A stretch of DNA of 63,239 nt, the filler included, from Hausera hauseri (taxonomy: Eukaryota), in assembly GCA_046269625.1 (NCBI GenBank). It is 12 parts of 12 records of this genome, joined end to end, with 100 filler letters (N's around TTAATTAATTAA, not from the genome) between each part and the next. Parts side by side here need not be neighbours in the genome. Positions count along the whole stretch, not along the records: positions 1 to 7,691 come from JBJURY010908532.1; positions 7,792 to 11,775 come from JBJURY010840081.1; positions 11,876 to 16,984 come from JBJURY010332825.1; 9 more parts are not named here. One strand, 5' to 3'. Position 1 is the first letter of the stretch; each line of letters starts with the position of its first letter. Positions 1 through 12,599 of this stretch are shown here, one piece after another. The translations under genes were made by a program, and so were the position numbers. The notes under the pieces are model-generated. The model was not told the origin of the DNA, made no database searches, and saw only the letters and a list, made by a program, of their open reading frames with translations.

Positions 1-318
1 CACATTCGAGGTAGACGAGTATAAGCATTGTATTTTTCGATGGTATGTTCGATAGGTTTCCAAAAGCTGTGGTGCCCTTCCAATTTGTATTTTGATATCC
101 TCATCGAAAGAAAAAGCCGCAGTTACAGTCCACTCTCGGTAGTTAAAATCTTTCTACGTTTTAAGTTGTTTTCATTCATAGTCAAGATCTGAAATATTTT
201 AGTTGATCAATATGTGATTAATAAGGAAAAATTTAATGTATCCCAAAATCTTTGTACCCAATGAGTATTTAATGGTCTCATAGGAAATAGGCTTAAAGAT
301 TTTGATATAATTAGTGAA

Positions 319-3300
319 ATGGAGGAATCTTTAATATCAGATGCAACTTCAGAGGAATATTCAATTGTAGAACAACCGGAAGTTTTGGAAATTCAGATTC
401 CTTTCGATAACGACGATAAGCCAAAAGATTCGGTTATAATAAATATTAAATCAAGCGACGATTCAAATTTCGATAAAAAAACTTTCATTCAAGATACAGA
501 ATTAAACGAACTACAGAAACAGACTGGTGAGATAAAAGCGGCTAACAATGAAGATGCTGAATTAAATCTTGTTATTAAAGAGTCTCAGGAAAAAGTTGAA
601 TTATTGGAAGACACGTCGATTTTTGAAATTGAAGATGCCCGAGAGGAACAGGTGGCTTCGGATACCGTCAGTGTTGAAGAAAAGTATTTGGAGAGTACAA
701 CACAGATTGCAGAGCAAGGTGAAATAATCGAGAGTCACGAAGTGGAAATATTAACACCCAGTGATGTATCAGAAATAGCTATTGAATCGATGTCAGAAGA
801 AAAATCGTCAGAGAGTATTGTTCAGATTCCAGAACAAGGTGAAATAATTGATGTTGACGAAGCCAANNNNNNNNNNNNNNNNNNNNNNNNNNNNNNNNNN
901 NNNNNNNNNNNNNNNNNNNNNNNNNNNNNNNNNNNNNNNNNNNNNNNNNNNNNNNNNNNNNNNNNNAGAATTGAATATCGTAGACACTGAAGAAGTTGCA
1001 ACCGAATCAACTTTGCAAGAAGAAAAGAAATTAGAAGTTCTTCAAAATGTTGTTGAACAAATTTTAGCGGAGAAGCCGTTAGATGTATCGGAGATGGAAG
1101 CTGAGATAGAAGTATCTGCAATAGAAATGTCAGAAAAATATCAAATTAGCAATGTGGACGTTGAAAAAGAGAAAAATATTTTGGAAATGAAAGAGGACAT
1201 TGAAGAAGTTAAAAGTGAGTTTGAATTGGAAGAGGAAGAAACAACTGTTTGTGAGGAGTCTGAGGAAAAAGTGGAAAGATCAGTTGTGGAATTGACAAAA
1301 GTAATAAAAGATGAGGCCCTAGTTGATGATGATGAGAAAACCATTGTAAAAGACCAGCAAATTATGTTGCAGGAAAAGAAACCAAAGGAAGTAGAAAAAT
1401 CAGTTGTCGAGCACGAGGAATTAGTTGAAATCCAAGAAGTAAAGGTACTTCAAACTGCTGAAATTGAGGAGTTTGCAAAAGAATCTATGTTGGAGAAAGA
1501 TGGAAAACTTGAAGCTCTTCAAAATGTTATTGAACAGGTTGTGGATGAGAAAGTGCTAAATGTTTCCGAAATGGAATTTGAGAAGGAAATGAGCGTGACA
1601 GGAGCCTCAGTGAAATGTGAAGTTGCTAAAGCTGATGTTGCTGAGGAAGAAATATTTGAAGCAAAAGTGGAAACCGAGGAAGTTAGAGCTGAATTCGAAT
1701 TCCAAGAAGAAGAAACAACCGTTGGTGAGGATGTTGAAGCCAGAATTGTTATTGGAGAGTCTAATGTTGAAGCAGAAACTTTAGAAGAAACATCAATTGT
1801 TGAAACTGAAGATGCCCGAGAGGAAGAAGTAGCTTCGGAAACCGTCGATGTTGAAGAAAAGTATTTGGAGAGTACAACACAGATTGCGGAGCAAGGTGAA
1901 ATAGTCGAGAGTCATGAAGTGGAAATATTAACACCTAGTGAGGTATCAGAAATGGCTATTGAATCGATGTCAGAAGAAAAATCGTCAGAAAGTATTGTTC
2001 AGATTCCAGAACAAGGTGAAATAATTGATGTTGACGAAGCCAAAGAATTGAATATCGTAGACACTGAAGAAGTTGCAACCGAATCAACTTTGCAAGAAGA
2101 AAAGAAATTAGAAGTTCTTCGAAATGTTGTTGAACAAATTTTAGAGGAGAACCCGTTAGATGCATCCAATATTGCATTTGAGACAGAAACGTCTGCAACG
2201 GAAACAATTGTCGAATATCATATTACAAAAGCTAATGTTGCTGAAAATTATATCTTGCAGTCCAAAAAGGAAGTTAACGACTTTAGAGCTGAGTTTCAAT
2301 GCGTTGAGGAGGAGCAAAGTGTAGGGGAAGATGTTGAAGCAAAATCCTTTGACAAGATTTCGGAAGAAAAGGTGGAAAATGATGTCGTTAAAATTGATTT
2401 TGCTGATATTAATGAATACTCTGAGTCTTTAGTTGAAGAAGTTCTCGATTTAAATGAAGTTAAAGAGGAAGATGTTGGATCAGATTTGTTCATGATTTCT
2501 GATATTTTGAAGGTTGTTGAACAATTTATGAATATTACCAGTGTGGCTCTGCAGAATATTGATTCAGTTGTATCTGAAAAATCAGAAGATAGTACCGTGC
2601 AGTTAGATTATGGTCATGTTATAAGCAATAATACTGAATATATGGATGATGAAATTGAAGAGATCGAAATTATAGAGGCAGGAGATCAAGATACTTCAGA
2701 ATCTGCTGATGAAGAAGTAGAAATTGAAGATATTGATTTAGATGGGTTGGCCATAGAACCGCAAATGGTGAAATCCTTGTTCGAAGTGTCAGAGCAAGCT
2801 GATAATATCGAATCTGAATTCATTGATTCTTTCTCCTTTGAAGCAGAAACTAATGTGGCTTCGGAATCAGTTTGTTTTGATGAACAAAATACTGGTATTG
2901 CTATAGTTTCTGAAAGAGATGTATTAGAATCAAAGGAAGATGTTAAAACTGAGTTTGACTTTAGTGACGATGGTTTAAAAGTTTCAAATGATGTTGAAGG
3001 TAGACTTGAAATTTTATTTTCAAAGGAAAGTTTAGATTTTGTTCCTGAGAGTAATATCGAAGAAGCACTTTTGTCCGAAACTCCAGTATTGTTCATCCAA
3101 TCGATAGTGCCTAGTGACCAAATAAATAAGCATGAAGTAGAAGTTATGGATCTCTCGGGGAATATAGAATGTAGAGGCGAAGAATTATTAGTCGATGTAC
3201 AGGAAGATAAAGCTATACAGTCTACTGTGTCTTCAGATGGTTTACATAAAGTTACCTTTTCTGATGTAATCCAGGTGTTTACATTAGAATCTGAGGAAGA

Positions 3301-4575
3301 CAGTCAATCGCAATCTGAAATAGAGGAAGAAAAGGCCGTCACTTTGTTTGAAGTATTTGAGGAAGACAATGCATCTGAAAAATTCGATAAGAATGTAGTG
3401 CCTTTAGAAGAAGTTCCTGTTTTCTCTCAAACAGTTGAGCAAAGAGAAACATTGGACCACCAGTCAGTATCTGATATTCCTGTAGAGATTACATCCGAAT
3501 CTCTTTCGGGAGTGGCCGTTTGTACACCGAACTTTTTGGTTACAAAGAGATGCATCTTAATCGAAAATAGTGCATTAATCGATGAAAATATTACAAATGA
3601 CAATGTCTCATCTGATTTTACTTTCGCTGAAGATTTGAATTCAATAAAAACTCATGATGTTGAAAGCAAAATTGAAGTGGAAGAAGAATCAAAGCAGATC
3701 ATCGAAGATACAGAAGATGACGGAATTGGCGATTCTTTTAGTGAAGGTAAAATTGATTTGAACCGACGCATTCGACATAGTATAACAAATGAATTGTTTG
3801 AGTCATTTGAAGAAAGTTATGAGTATGAAGACTTTGATGATAGCAACTTCGTTGAAATGAAAAGTGGTCGACCACTAAATGAGTTTTTCGATAAAGCTTC
3901 TCTCCACAATTTACCAAGTCATGTAAATATGATTGATGAACACATGAACAGTGAATCTTTAGCCGATGAGAATGATTCCATAAATAGTTACATAGCTGAT
4001 ATTACCGAACAAGATTCCGATAATCTGCAGATGGCTACTCTCAATCAGGAAATTTTCTTCGTTAAAGAACTTGAAGATATTGTTCTTAATGTGAGTCAGA
4101 ATCTCTGTTTGGAATGCGAAGTTACTCATACACCGGATATCTCTGTGGAGTGTTTTAAGGATTTAACACTCATCACTTCGAACAGTCATGTAGCTGTAAC
4201 GTATGATTTGGGAAAATGTCTTTTGATGATTCTTGAAGTAATTGAAGAAGACTCTGGAGAATATGTTTGTGCAGCAACATCTCGAGAAAGAAGCATATCT
4301 ACATCAAGCAGTGTTACTGTCAAAAGTGAAATTGGGGAGTTAGATATGCCAAAAGAGTTTGATGAAATATCCATTTTCAAAGAACTACCGAAAATATACA
4401 CTTAAAAGAGAATGCTAGAATTGTTATGGAGTGTTCGTTTGCTAAGGGTAATGTGAAAAAGGTATCTTGGTACCTTGATGGAGAGTTAATTGAAAATAGT
4501 GAATTTTATGAAATAAATGCAAAGGATACGGGTGAATGTCAATTAATCTTAAAGAAAGCTTTCCCGGAAGAGAAG
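319..4575 (+). CDS. Titin-like, very Glu-rich repetitive protein fragment with C-terminal Ig I-set domains; frameshifted near 4390, probably partial or a pseudogene
   Basis: ORFs 319-990 and 848-4405 join across the N gap, as the repeat copy reads VDEAKELNIV. The Ig C-terminal motif is CLLMILEVIEEDSGEYVCAA. A second Ig domain (ENIHLKENARIVMECSF..KVSWYLDG..CQLILKKAFPEE) follows a 1-nt frameshift and is then truncated. Confidence 0.7.
600..2163 (+). repeat. Near-identical internal coding duplication, about 600-1083 versus 1780-2163
   Basis: EDAREE..KYLESTTQIAEQGEI..SEEKSSESIVQIPEQGEIIDVDEAKELNIVDTEEVATESTLQEEKKLEVL occurs twice with nearly identical DNA. Confidence 0.92.
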
Positions 4576-6061
4576 AAAAATCTTGAAATTCATGCTATGA
4601 AAAAATCGAATAGTTTGAAGGATGGAGTTATTGTAAATATCAAAAATTTAGAAGAACAAGTGAAATATTCCTATAAACGAATAAGTGAATTGGAAAGTAT
4701 TTTATCAAACAAAATGCATGATAGCAATAATCCGAAATATTCTACGAAGGACGTACTTTCAGAAGCTCCTTCAGTTCCGTTGCTCTCTTCAGACGTAAGT
4801 AGATTGAAATTCAAATTATCCGAAGCTGGGAAACATCCAAAAACTTCAGCAGACAAATAATCATCTTGAAAATAAAAACAGTAAACTTATAAGCGAGAAT
4901 GAAAATTTAAATGGCCATATTAAAAGTCTAAAAGACAAACTAGAAATTGCCATCAATCGGGAACGGGCCTTTCAAATGAAACTCAAAACGCTAGAAAACC
5001 AGAAGGATGTTATTGCGGAACTGGAACAGAAATTCCACTGCAAAGACGATAATTATAAAGATCGTGAAAAGTCATACCAAAAACAAATTCAGAAAGTTCA
5101 TGCGTTGCCTATGAAAGGTATTAAAGGTCATTTCGACAAGTTCAGAGGGATAAAACAATCAACTTCGAATGAAAATCAGTTCATTTTTGATTCGACTACA
5201 TTCAAACCAATTCCAGGAAACCATATAAAAAGAGTCCGCACTAAATACAAAACAAAAAGGTATTGATTATACTACTGAATATATCTGTACGATAACTCCG
5301 TCATTAATGAATCAAAATCAGTGCAATAAGGATGCTAAACCAGTGAAATGTAGTAATGAAAGTATTGGGGACTGTAGTGAGATGGTCAGTGTGGTTCAGG
5401 GACACAGATCACCTTGGATATTAACCGACGACTTTCTCCTGTATAAAGGCATGAAAGAAAAGAAATCATATCAACTGATTCTAGATACATACTTTTCCGA
5501 ATCTCGTCGAACAATTATTAGTCTCAGAGCACGTTGGGATAAAATCCATCGTAATGAGGAGATTATGTCGACGCTGAAGCATATGTACTGGTCATGAAGC
5601 GGTGATAAATCGACGGAAGAAAGGTGCTAGTGAAGTGAAAAGGTCGGATTGTCAAGATACATTTTCGATGGAATCTGTTGACAAAGATTCCACAATGCAA
5701 CCGACAACGACGAAACCTATTTTTATGTACTTCACCAAAGAATGATAACCATATCGGTTTGTATTCCAGACAAAGAAACAAACCCATTGAAAGACAAGTC
5801 AGTAGTAGTACTGATAACACAGCAGGCCAAACAAGGGACTGGACAATTTTGGAGAACTTCCTTCTTTATAAAGGCGTAAAAGAAAAACGTAGTTGGCAAA
5901 ACATATTCGAAACTTACTTTCTAAATTTCGAACTATCGGTTGATAGCCTCAGAAACCATTGGGATGAAATTCGTGGTAGCAAAAATGACTTTTCGGCCTT
6001 GAAACATGAATATGAGGAGAGATGGTGTAAATTTGCCGGTTACGGTTACCAAATATATTGA
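4576..6061 (+). pseudogene. Coiled-coil protein with two Myb/SANT (TRF-like) repeats, broken by frameshifts and stops
   Basis: WILTDDFLLYKGMKEKKSYQLILDTYF..RTIISLRARWDKI and WTILENFLLYKGVKEKRSWQNIFETYF..SVDSLRNHWDEI fit the Myb W...W...RW spacing. Confidence 0.6.
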
Positions 6062-7099
6062 AAATCCTTTGGTTTCGATGGATGTTGATTCATTTGTGGA
6101 CAAACGTTCAGAATTTAAAAATATGAATAAAATGCACAGAAAAGAAATACCGGATATGAATTTAACAACCGTGTGCCTCTAAAATTCCGAAGATAAAAAT
6201 GTTCTATCTGAGAGACAAAAATGGGTAGTAAAAAACCACAAAAATTCTATCTCACAGTCATTCTAGGAGAAACACAGTTTGTGAAGTTGTGTGCGATGAT
6301 GTCACGGGTAAAAGTCGCGTAGAAGATGGTCTTCATTTTATGGGAAAAAGTGTTGAGAAATATTTTCCACTATTGTCACTGGAAGAAGATAGTTGGCTGA
6401 AATGTCTGTTAAAATTAGCAAGAGCGTGCAATGAATTGAATTTGGTGACTGACACATTGGTGATTTGTGAAAAGGGCGAATTCAAAAATAGTGAAATAAA
6501 TTTGAGAAAGTTGACGGCTCTCCTTAGAGCCACAATTATTGATTATGATGGGGTTCCGAATCCCCTTAAAAAATTTGCTATAATCCCTATTTTAGCCGAA
6601 AGGAACAGAGATTGCGAAAACAAAGTTAAAGTCTATCTCATTAGTCGGGTGGAAATTCCAATTCAGAACGGGATCAACGACATCGAATTCAAAAGTCGAA
6701 TCAGGAAAGACGAGATCGAGGATATAACAAAACCAACCAAAAAATGTCAATCATTCTACACTGTTGTATGCGGTATCATCAGTCGTCCCCGTTCTCCACT
6801 CTAGGCTTCCGTCTGATAAATATTACGTTAAAACCTATCGGGAAGGGTTGCAAAATAATCACGTTATCATATTAAACTATGTAAAGGTAAATATAGCATC
6901 AAATGATAAAAAAATAAGTCCATTTTTTCTCTAAAATCTTCACAAATACTTTGATATATTTATATTGCGCCAGATCCGAAATAACATCACAACAGATAGT
7001 TGGAGAGATTAAAAATATAAAAAATAACCAACTATCTGTTGACAGGTATCATCCACTAAATAAATATATAAATAAAACGTTTAAACATAGGTTAGTCTT

Positions 7100-7470
7100 A
7101 TCAGATAAGATGATGTTAAATCAAGAGAATCCTCCATTAGATCGTGACGTGCAGTACTTTGCTGAAAGGATTACTTGGGTGAGGAAATTATATTTGTATT
7201 TAGAAGATAATATGAACATGCTTGTTATGTCATCACCAGATATTTCTACAATTCCTTATGGTAGAAAACTTGTAAATATTTATAATAACACAAATGAAAT
7301 GATTGTTTATTATGAAAGTATGATAAATTATATTTTTACAAAATTCACTGCTAAGAAATTAATTAGATTGGAAGCTTCGATTTTTGTTCTAACAAAAGAC
7401 AATTTATATAGAGACTGCATACCCAATTTAGAACCGGAAATTCTCAATCTTTTTCTAGAAATAAGTAATA
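7100..7470 (+). pseudogene. DNAH5: Axonemal dynein heavy chain N-terminal (DHC_N1) fragment, DNAH5/8-like, inside chimeric ORF 6951-7691
   Basis: NPPLDRDVQYFAERITWVRKLY..GRKLVNIYN..LEASIFV..NLEPEILNLFLE resembles the DNAH5/8 pattern PPL.RN.PP.AG.I.W.RQL...NFDPQIL.L.RE. Confidence 0.6.
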
Positions 7471-7691
7471 TAATTCCGCAACTTAATGTTGCTTCAACTC
7501 CCAATGAAAAGCACATTATTAGAATTAACAGTGCTAGCCAAAATCCTCTAAAGTTAAAGGATCAAAAAACTGTCGGTGTTGTTGTAATGTCTGTTAGAAA
7601 CGTTATTAACTGCATGTGGAAATATTTGGCGTGTAAAGATGCAACACATGTCATTAAGGATGTTTTATTTAGGCAAATCGCTAAAGCTGAT

Positions 7692-7791
7692 NNNNNNNNN
7701 NNNNNNNNNNNNNNNNNNNNNNNNNNNNNNNNNNNTTAATTAATTAANNNNNNNNNNNNNNNNNNNNNNNNNNNNNNNNNNNNNNNNNNNN
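7692..7791. other. Artificial contig spacer (N-run + TTAATTAATTAA + N-run). It recurs at about 11777, 16985, 21701, 25813, 31020, 35231, 39345, 46702, 52706 and 57849.
   Basis: The same 12-mer, with stops in all six frames, sits inside N runs at 11 places. Sequence content changes abruptly across each one. Confidence 0.97.
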
Positions 7792-8089
7792 GTGGCCAAT
7801 CCTTATACAAAATTTATACAAATACTTATAAATTTACAAATTGATATAAATCTTCGCTTGAATTTGTTAATTTCATGTCGAGCAGTCAATTATGCAGGAA
7901 ATACCAATATCAGACAAATTATTATCCAGAACCCAGTTACTTATGAACGAAACCAAAATTATATAAATATCTGAATTTAGTGTAAAACTACAAATAAAGA
8001 AATAATGATCCTTTTTAACAATCATACCTATTTAAAACTTTATGTTCGTTTATTAATAATAATATTAAAGATCACATTTTATTAATTTA

Positions 8090-8640
8090 GATACCGAAAC
8101 TACCCACAACAATAACAGCTCAAAGTATTGTTTATGTTGGCCCTTTAAAAGTAAAATGATCTAGAATGTATCGAAGGCACTAAAATATCAACGCGGGAGT
8201 ACATTCGAAGCATATCAACTTCATAATTTTTGCCTGGCGGTGTTGCAGAAGGTACCACAAACACAGGATGGATATCATTGGAGATTGATCAAAAGCCGGC
8301 AATCGAATTAGAATTCCAACGACTTATAATTATCAAATCGTCCCAGCTGTACGCTGAAAATGTCAATCGAATAGAGTAAAACAAAAATTATTGATTTGAA
8401 ATTTCAAATAAATGATTTGAAGTATTTTCGTATCATTGGTAATCGATCAATCGTTTGAGAACCAGAAGGTTCTCGGTGAATTCAACAAGGATATATTGGT
8501 ATCAAATTCCAATTTACAAAACCGGATTAAATGAAATCAATAAAGTTTCGAATTGAGATAAATGGCTGTGGAACAAAAACACCATCAGCAGTTACAGTAA
8601 GCCCTAGTACAACCGTCACTACTACACAAACGGGTAAAAT
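8090..8640 (+). pseudogene. Possible F5/8 type C (discoidin) domain remnant
   Basis: GWISLEIDQKPAIELEF and a terminal RIEINGC motif lie in different frames, with several stops. Confidence 0.35.
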
Positions 8641-8669
8641 ATTATTATTATATATAACGATGTTTCTTT

Positions 8670-9103
8670 GTCACATTGCCAGTCCATGTGGCTGCAGCCA
8701 TATATAGACCTTAATACGAAACTGCGGACCAACGCCAAGAATGATTTTGAGAAGGACCAGTTCAAGCTGTACAACAACAGTGTTTTTGGCAAGACCATGG
8801 AGAATATTCGCAACAAGATCAACATTGAGTTGGTCTCTCAGTGGAAGCGAGCAAAGAAGCTCATTGCCAAGCCCAACGTCTACAGCAGCACCATATATGC
8901 GGAGATCTTGGTTAGCATCCATATGCTGAAAATATCCTTGCAATTCAACAAGATAATATATGTTGGTATGGCAATACTTGAACTGTCAAAGACCCTGATG
9001 TACAAATACCACTATGAAATCATGGTCCCCACATTCAAGTCTATGCAGCTGATGTACATGGATTCTGATAGTTTCATCTATCAGATCCATACGGATGATA
9101 TTT
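8670..9103 (+). mobile_element. Polinton/Maverick protein-primed DNA polymerase B, catalytic fragment
   Basis: WLQPYIDLNTKLR, motif B KLYNNSVFGKTMEN, YVGMAILELSK and motif C YMDSDS. Confidence 0.9.
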
Positions 9104-9116
9104 AAGGGGACTGTGC

Positions 9117-9240
9117 TGTCAATCCAACGACAATGCCGACATTGGGTGGAATATAAGGAGAGTCAAGCTTGGATAATTGGTATTTATATTTTAAAAACTA
9201 CAACAAATCAATTATGTATTAATCATCATTATATGTCACA
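9117..9240 (-). repeat. LTR 3' end fragment, inverted copy of 11281-11399
   Basis: About 110-nt inverted match (ccaacgacaatgccgaca..ggataatt..caacaaatcaatta). It ends in ..GACA on the minus strand. Confidence 0.65.
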
Positions 9241-9289
9241 AATCATCATTATTAATTTGAAACTTGTAAGAAGAGTTTACATTGTAAAA

Positions 9290-11776
9290 GTGTATTCACG
9301 TAGTGGGGAAAATCTCTTCACCTATCCGCTAACCCCTCCAGTGCTACCACATTTCAGACACTACATCACCCCCGTGGCAAAATGAAGACTATAAAGAAGG
9401 AAAAATAAACGTGGAATATCGTAAGAAAAGGAAAAGCTTGTATCTATTCAGTTTTGATATATGCCAGACGTTGGATTCTATCTATGAACTTCTCCCTACT
9501 ATAGATGCTAAATGTCACTGCATGACCTGTTCGATGTTGCTGGTACTTGTGGAGTTCTTTGAAGGAGAAATGCTGTGGATTTTGTGGTGTTTTTGGACGC
9601 TGTTCCATGAAGACTTGAAAGTAAAGAAAAAGCTGAAAAGGGAAAAGATCACGCGAAAACGGCAAAATTGGACATGGAAGTGAATCGTGTGTTGAAGGTG
9701 AAGTGAGTAGTGGATTTGCAGGCGATGACGGCAAAGTAGGTGGTGGATGAGCAATGGACTATGAAGGAAATGAAAAGAACTGATTGCGACGCGATAGCGA
9801 TAGCTGCAACGGATCAAAATCATCGAGAAAATTAGATGATGGCTCGAAGGGAGAGAAGTTAGAGTTAGGATTTGAAACATGGCTGTTATCCTGGTCATCG
9901 TCAACGAAGAATGCTGGCTTAAGATTAGAAATGTGTACATTTTGAGGTCTGTTCTTGCATAAAATCGTAGCGATGTGCGAAAAAAGCTTGAGTAGTTTAT
10001 AAGGGCCAACGTACTGAGGCCGAAAACCAAAGGGTGACGGATTCTTCAGCCATGCAAACTTGACTGAGTATAAGTCTTCTGGAATATACGATTTGTCTTT
10101 ATTTATAAGGCGGCAAAAGGTGTTTGAGTTGACATCTAAAAGTGGGACTGTGCGGCACGAATAACTTTATCTGACGGTCTTTCGTCGAGATTGGAGAGAT
10201 CAAATAGGGCACGAATTGGTGTCCCAAAGAGAATCTCAGCTGGAGCACAACCTGTGGCGTGTTGCACCAACCGAGTAGGAAAAGAGGAAGAATTAAGAAC
10301 CAGTTATGATTGTTGTTTGCCAAGATTTTCAAAGAAATCTTGATGGTGCGGTGAAATCTTTCAAGAAGGCCATTTGCTTGGGGTTGGTACGATGTTGTGT
10401 GGATATGGGCTATCCCCAAGTGCTTTATCAGATTTGAAAAGATCAGCTTCAAATTGAGGACCCTGTTCCGTTATAATGTGACGTGGTGCACAAAGCGGCT
10501 GATCCATATATTGATAAAGGCATCTGCTACCGAATTGGTATTGGTTGATCGAAGTGGAAAAGCTTCCGGCCAACGAGAAGCGCAATCAATCATAGATAAG
10601 ATGTATTGATAGCCGTTGTCGGATGGTAAAGGGCCGACAAGATCCAAATGAACGGTGTCAAAACGAGACGTACAAGGGAAGTGGTAAAATGGTGGTTTGA
10701 GGTGTTGATGGACTTTATATTGCTGACATGCCACACATCCCTTAATCCAGACTGTACATCTGTACGCATATTTGGCCATACAACAAAGCGTTGCAGTATA
10801 GGAAATGTAGCTTTCGAATTCGGATGATGAAGAGTGAATGTAAGTGAAAACTCTGTTTTGTAACGATGAAGAAAGAATGACTTTTTATTAGTCGAGTTGG
10901 AGATGTCGTAGGCGATGCCATCAATGATCTCAACAGATTTAAAAGCTTGAAGAATATCAAATGATGGCTGTTTACTTCTCAGGATTTCAGAGGAGCAAAC
11001 TGGCTGAACTGTAATTGAGCTAACCGTCTGCAACAGAAAGTCTGCTACTAAATTTTCGGCGCCTGAATTATATTTCTTAGAAAAACTAAATGCTAACAAG
11101 AATGATATGTATCGTTCTTGTCTGGATGATGGCTGTCTTAACGTAACGATGTGAAGTAGATGTTTATGGTCGATGTGGATGACGAATTAACGTGATAGAA
11201 TCAAATACTTAAAATGCTTTACCGCTAGAACTATGGACAGGAGTTCACGATCGAATGTTGAGTATCGACTTTCTGGTTGTGATTAATATTGATTAATATG
11301 TAATTGATTTGTTGTAATTTTTGAAATATAAATACAAATTATCCATGCTTGACTATCCTTATGCTCTACCCAGTGTCGGCATTGTCGTTGGAACGATATT
11401 GGTGTCAGAAATTGGATAGATACATTAGTGATCTTAAAAAGAAATCATCAATGATGAAGAGAGTCCACGCAGAAGAAAAAAATGTTTGAAGTCAATTAGG
11501 CATTTTATATTTTTTCTAACCGACCGTTCCGAAAGTGAGTACGATTATAAAGATTTATTTGTATCAAGCAGAGATAGATTAAATTGTGGATTAATTGTCT
11601 TTTCTTCCCGGATGGGAGGTGTGCGAAAGGTGCCATAGTTCGGAGCAGTGTAGCACATATTTGTGTACGAAATGCATTGTCCCTAGAAAACGCCTTATGT
11701 CGGTAGGAGTAGTTGGTAATGTCACATTTTTCAACTGCTGTAAGCGATCAGGCTGGACGGAATGACCATCGGGAGN
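9290..11776 (-). mobile_element. Decayed CsRn1-like Ty3/Gypsy element (RT end, RNase H, integrase, PPT, LTR start at about 9365), interrupted at about 11281-11580
   Basis: STFDRELL, HLDLVGPLPSDNGYQYILSMIDCASRWPEA, TEQGPQFE, YQPQANGLLERFHRT. PPT-like GGGGGTGA is followed by TGTAG. Confidence 0.88.
11281..11417 (+). mobile_element. LTR end plus degenerate tRNA-Leu primer-binding site of a second Gypsy family
   Basis: TGGTGTCAGAAATTGGAT at 11400-11417 directly follows the repeat. Compare the cleaner PBS at 49763. Confidence 0.65.
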
Positions 11777-11875
11777 NNNNNNNNNNNNNNNNNNNNNNNN
11801 NNNNNNNNNNNNNNNNNNNTTAATTAATTAANNNNNNNNNNNNNNNNNNNNNNNNNNNNNNNNNNNNNNNNNNNN

Positions 11876-12599
11876 ACGAGACAACAGAAGAGTCCGTAAA
11901 GAAGGCTAGAGCGGATCAGTGGGTAGGGCAAATCATAGGAGTTCAAGATGCAGCAATGTACTTTGAATATCTGCAAAACGACGAAGACAAGAGGCAGTAC
12001 AATAAGAATCCAGTGCTAATCAGCGAAGTCGCACCGACTATAATAAAACAGAAGCGCTCCGTCGGTAGATCACGGAAAACGCGGGAATAAATCGATTATA
12101 ATAGAGACTTAATTGGGGAATTGAGGCAAATATCCATACCAGCCTTCAGCATCGATGACGAGGAATTGAATGAACTCATGAAAAATTGATACGTATAGTG
12201 AACCATTTTAGTCTCAGTGGTGACACACTGGACGAAAAAGAGAAAGTTATATTTAACGCAGCCAAAGCTATGAAAAGTTTTCGGTGTAAATTATCCAGAA
12301 GTGCCTTGAGCGATGAAATGGTACTCGAGAAAATTATGGTAGAGAACACCGTAGAAGAGTTAAGGAAAGTAATGCTGTAATTGGCCGTTAAAACCAATCC
12401 GGTCCGAGATAACGAGTTCAATAGGGCAATTAGTTTGGCAAGAAGGGCTACGAAGAAACTGCCCCGAGAAGTGAACTGGTCCAAATTATTTGAAAAAAAA
12501 GAAGAACGGCAAAATAGGTCCTTCCTTGGCAATAATAGATTTGAAGACTTATTACAAAACGTTGCCGGAAATAAAAGAGGAACGAACCAAACTGTTTAA
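11876..12599 (+). pseudogene. Decayed ORF of unknown function directly upstream of the viral-type glycoprotein, probably from the same element
   Basis: Mostly open frames broken by single stops and frameshifts. It runs into the glycoprotein signal-like segment and has similar A-rich codon usage. Confidence 0.35.

Noticed and set aside
1141-4856. Ser/Phe-rich minus-strand ORFs
   Set aside because: They are antisense shadows of the Glu-rich coding strand. The same applies to antisense ORFs at 28356-30893.
7736-7747. Recurrent palindrome TTAATTAATTAA as a biological motif
   Set aside because: It is always embedded in N runs as a six-frame-stop assembly spacer. Adjacency across it carries no meaning.
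9117-11399. Pack-MULE-like TIR pair flanking a Gypsy fragment
   Set aside because: The right copy is followed by a PBS and the Gypsy sequence resumes beyond it. Two LTR fragments in opposite orientation explain it better, and no TSD was seen.
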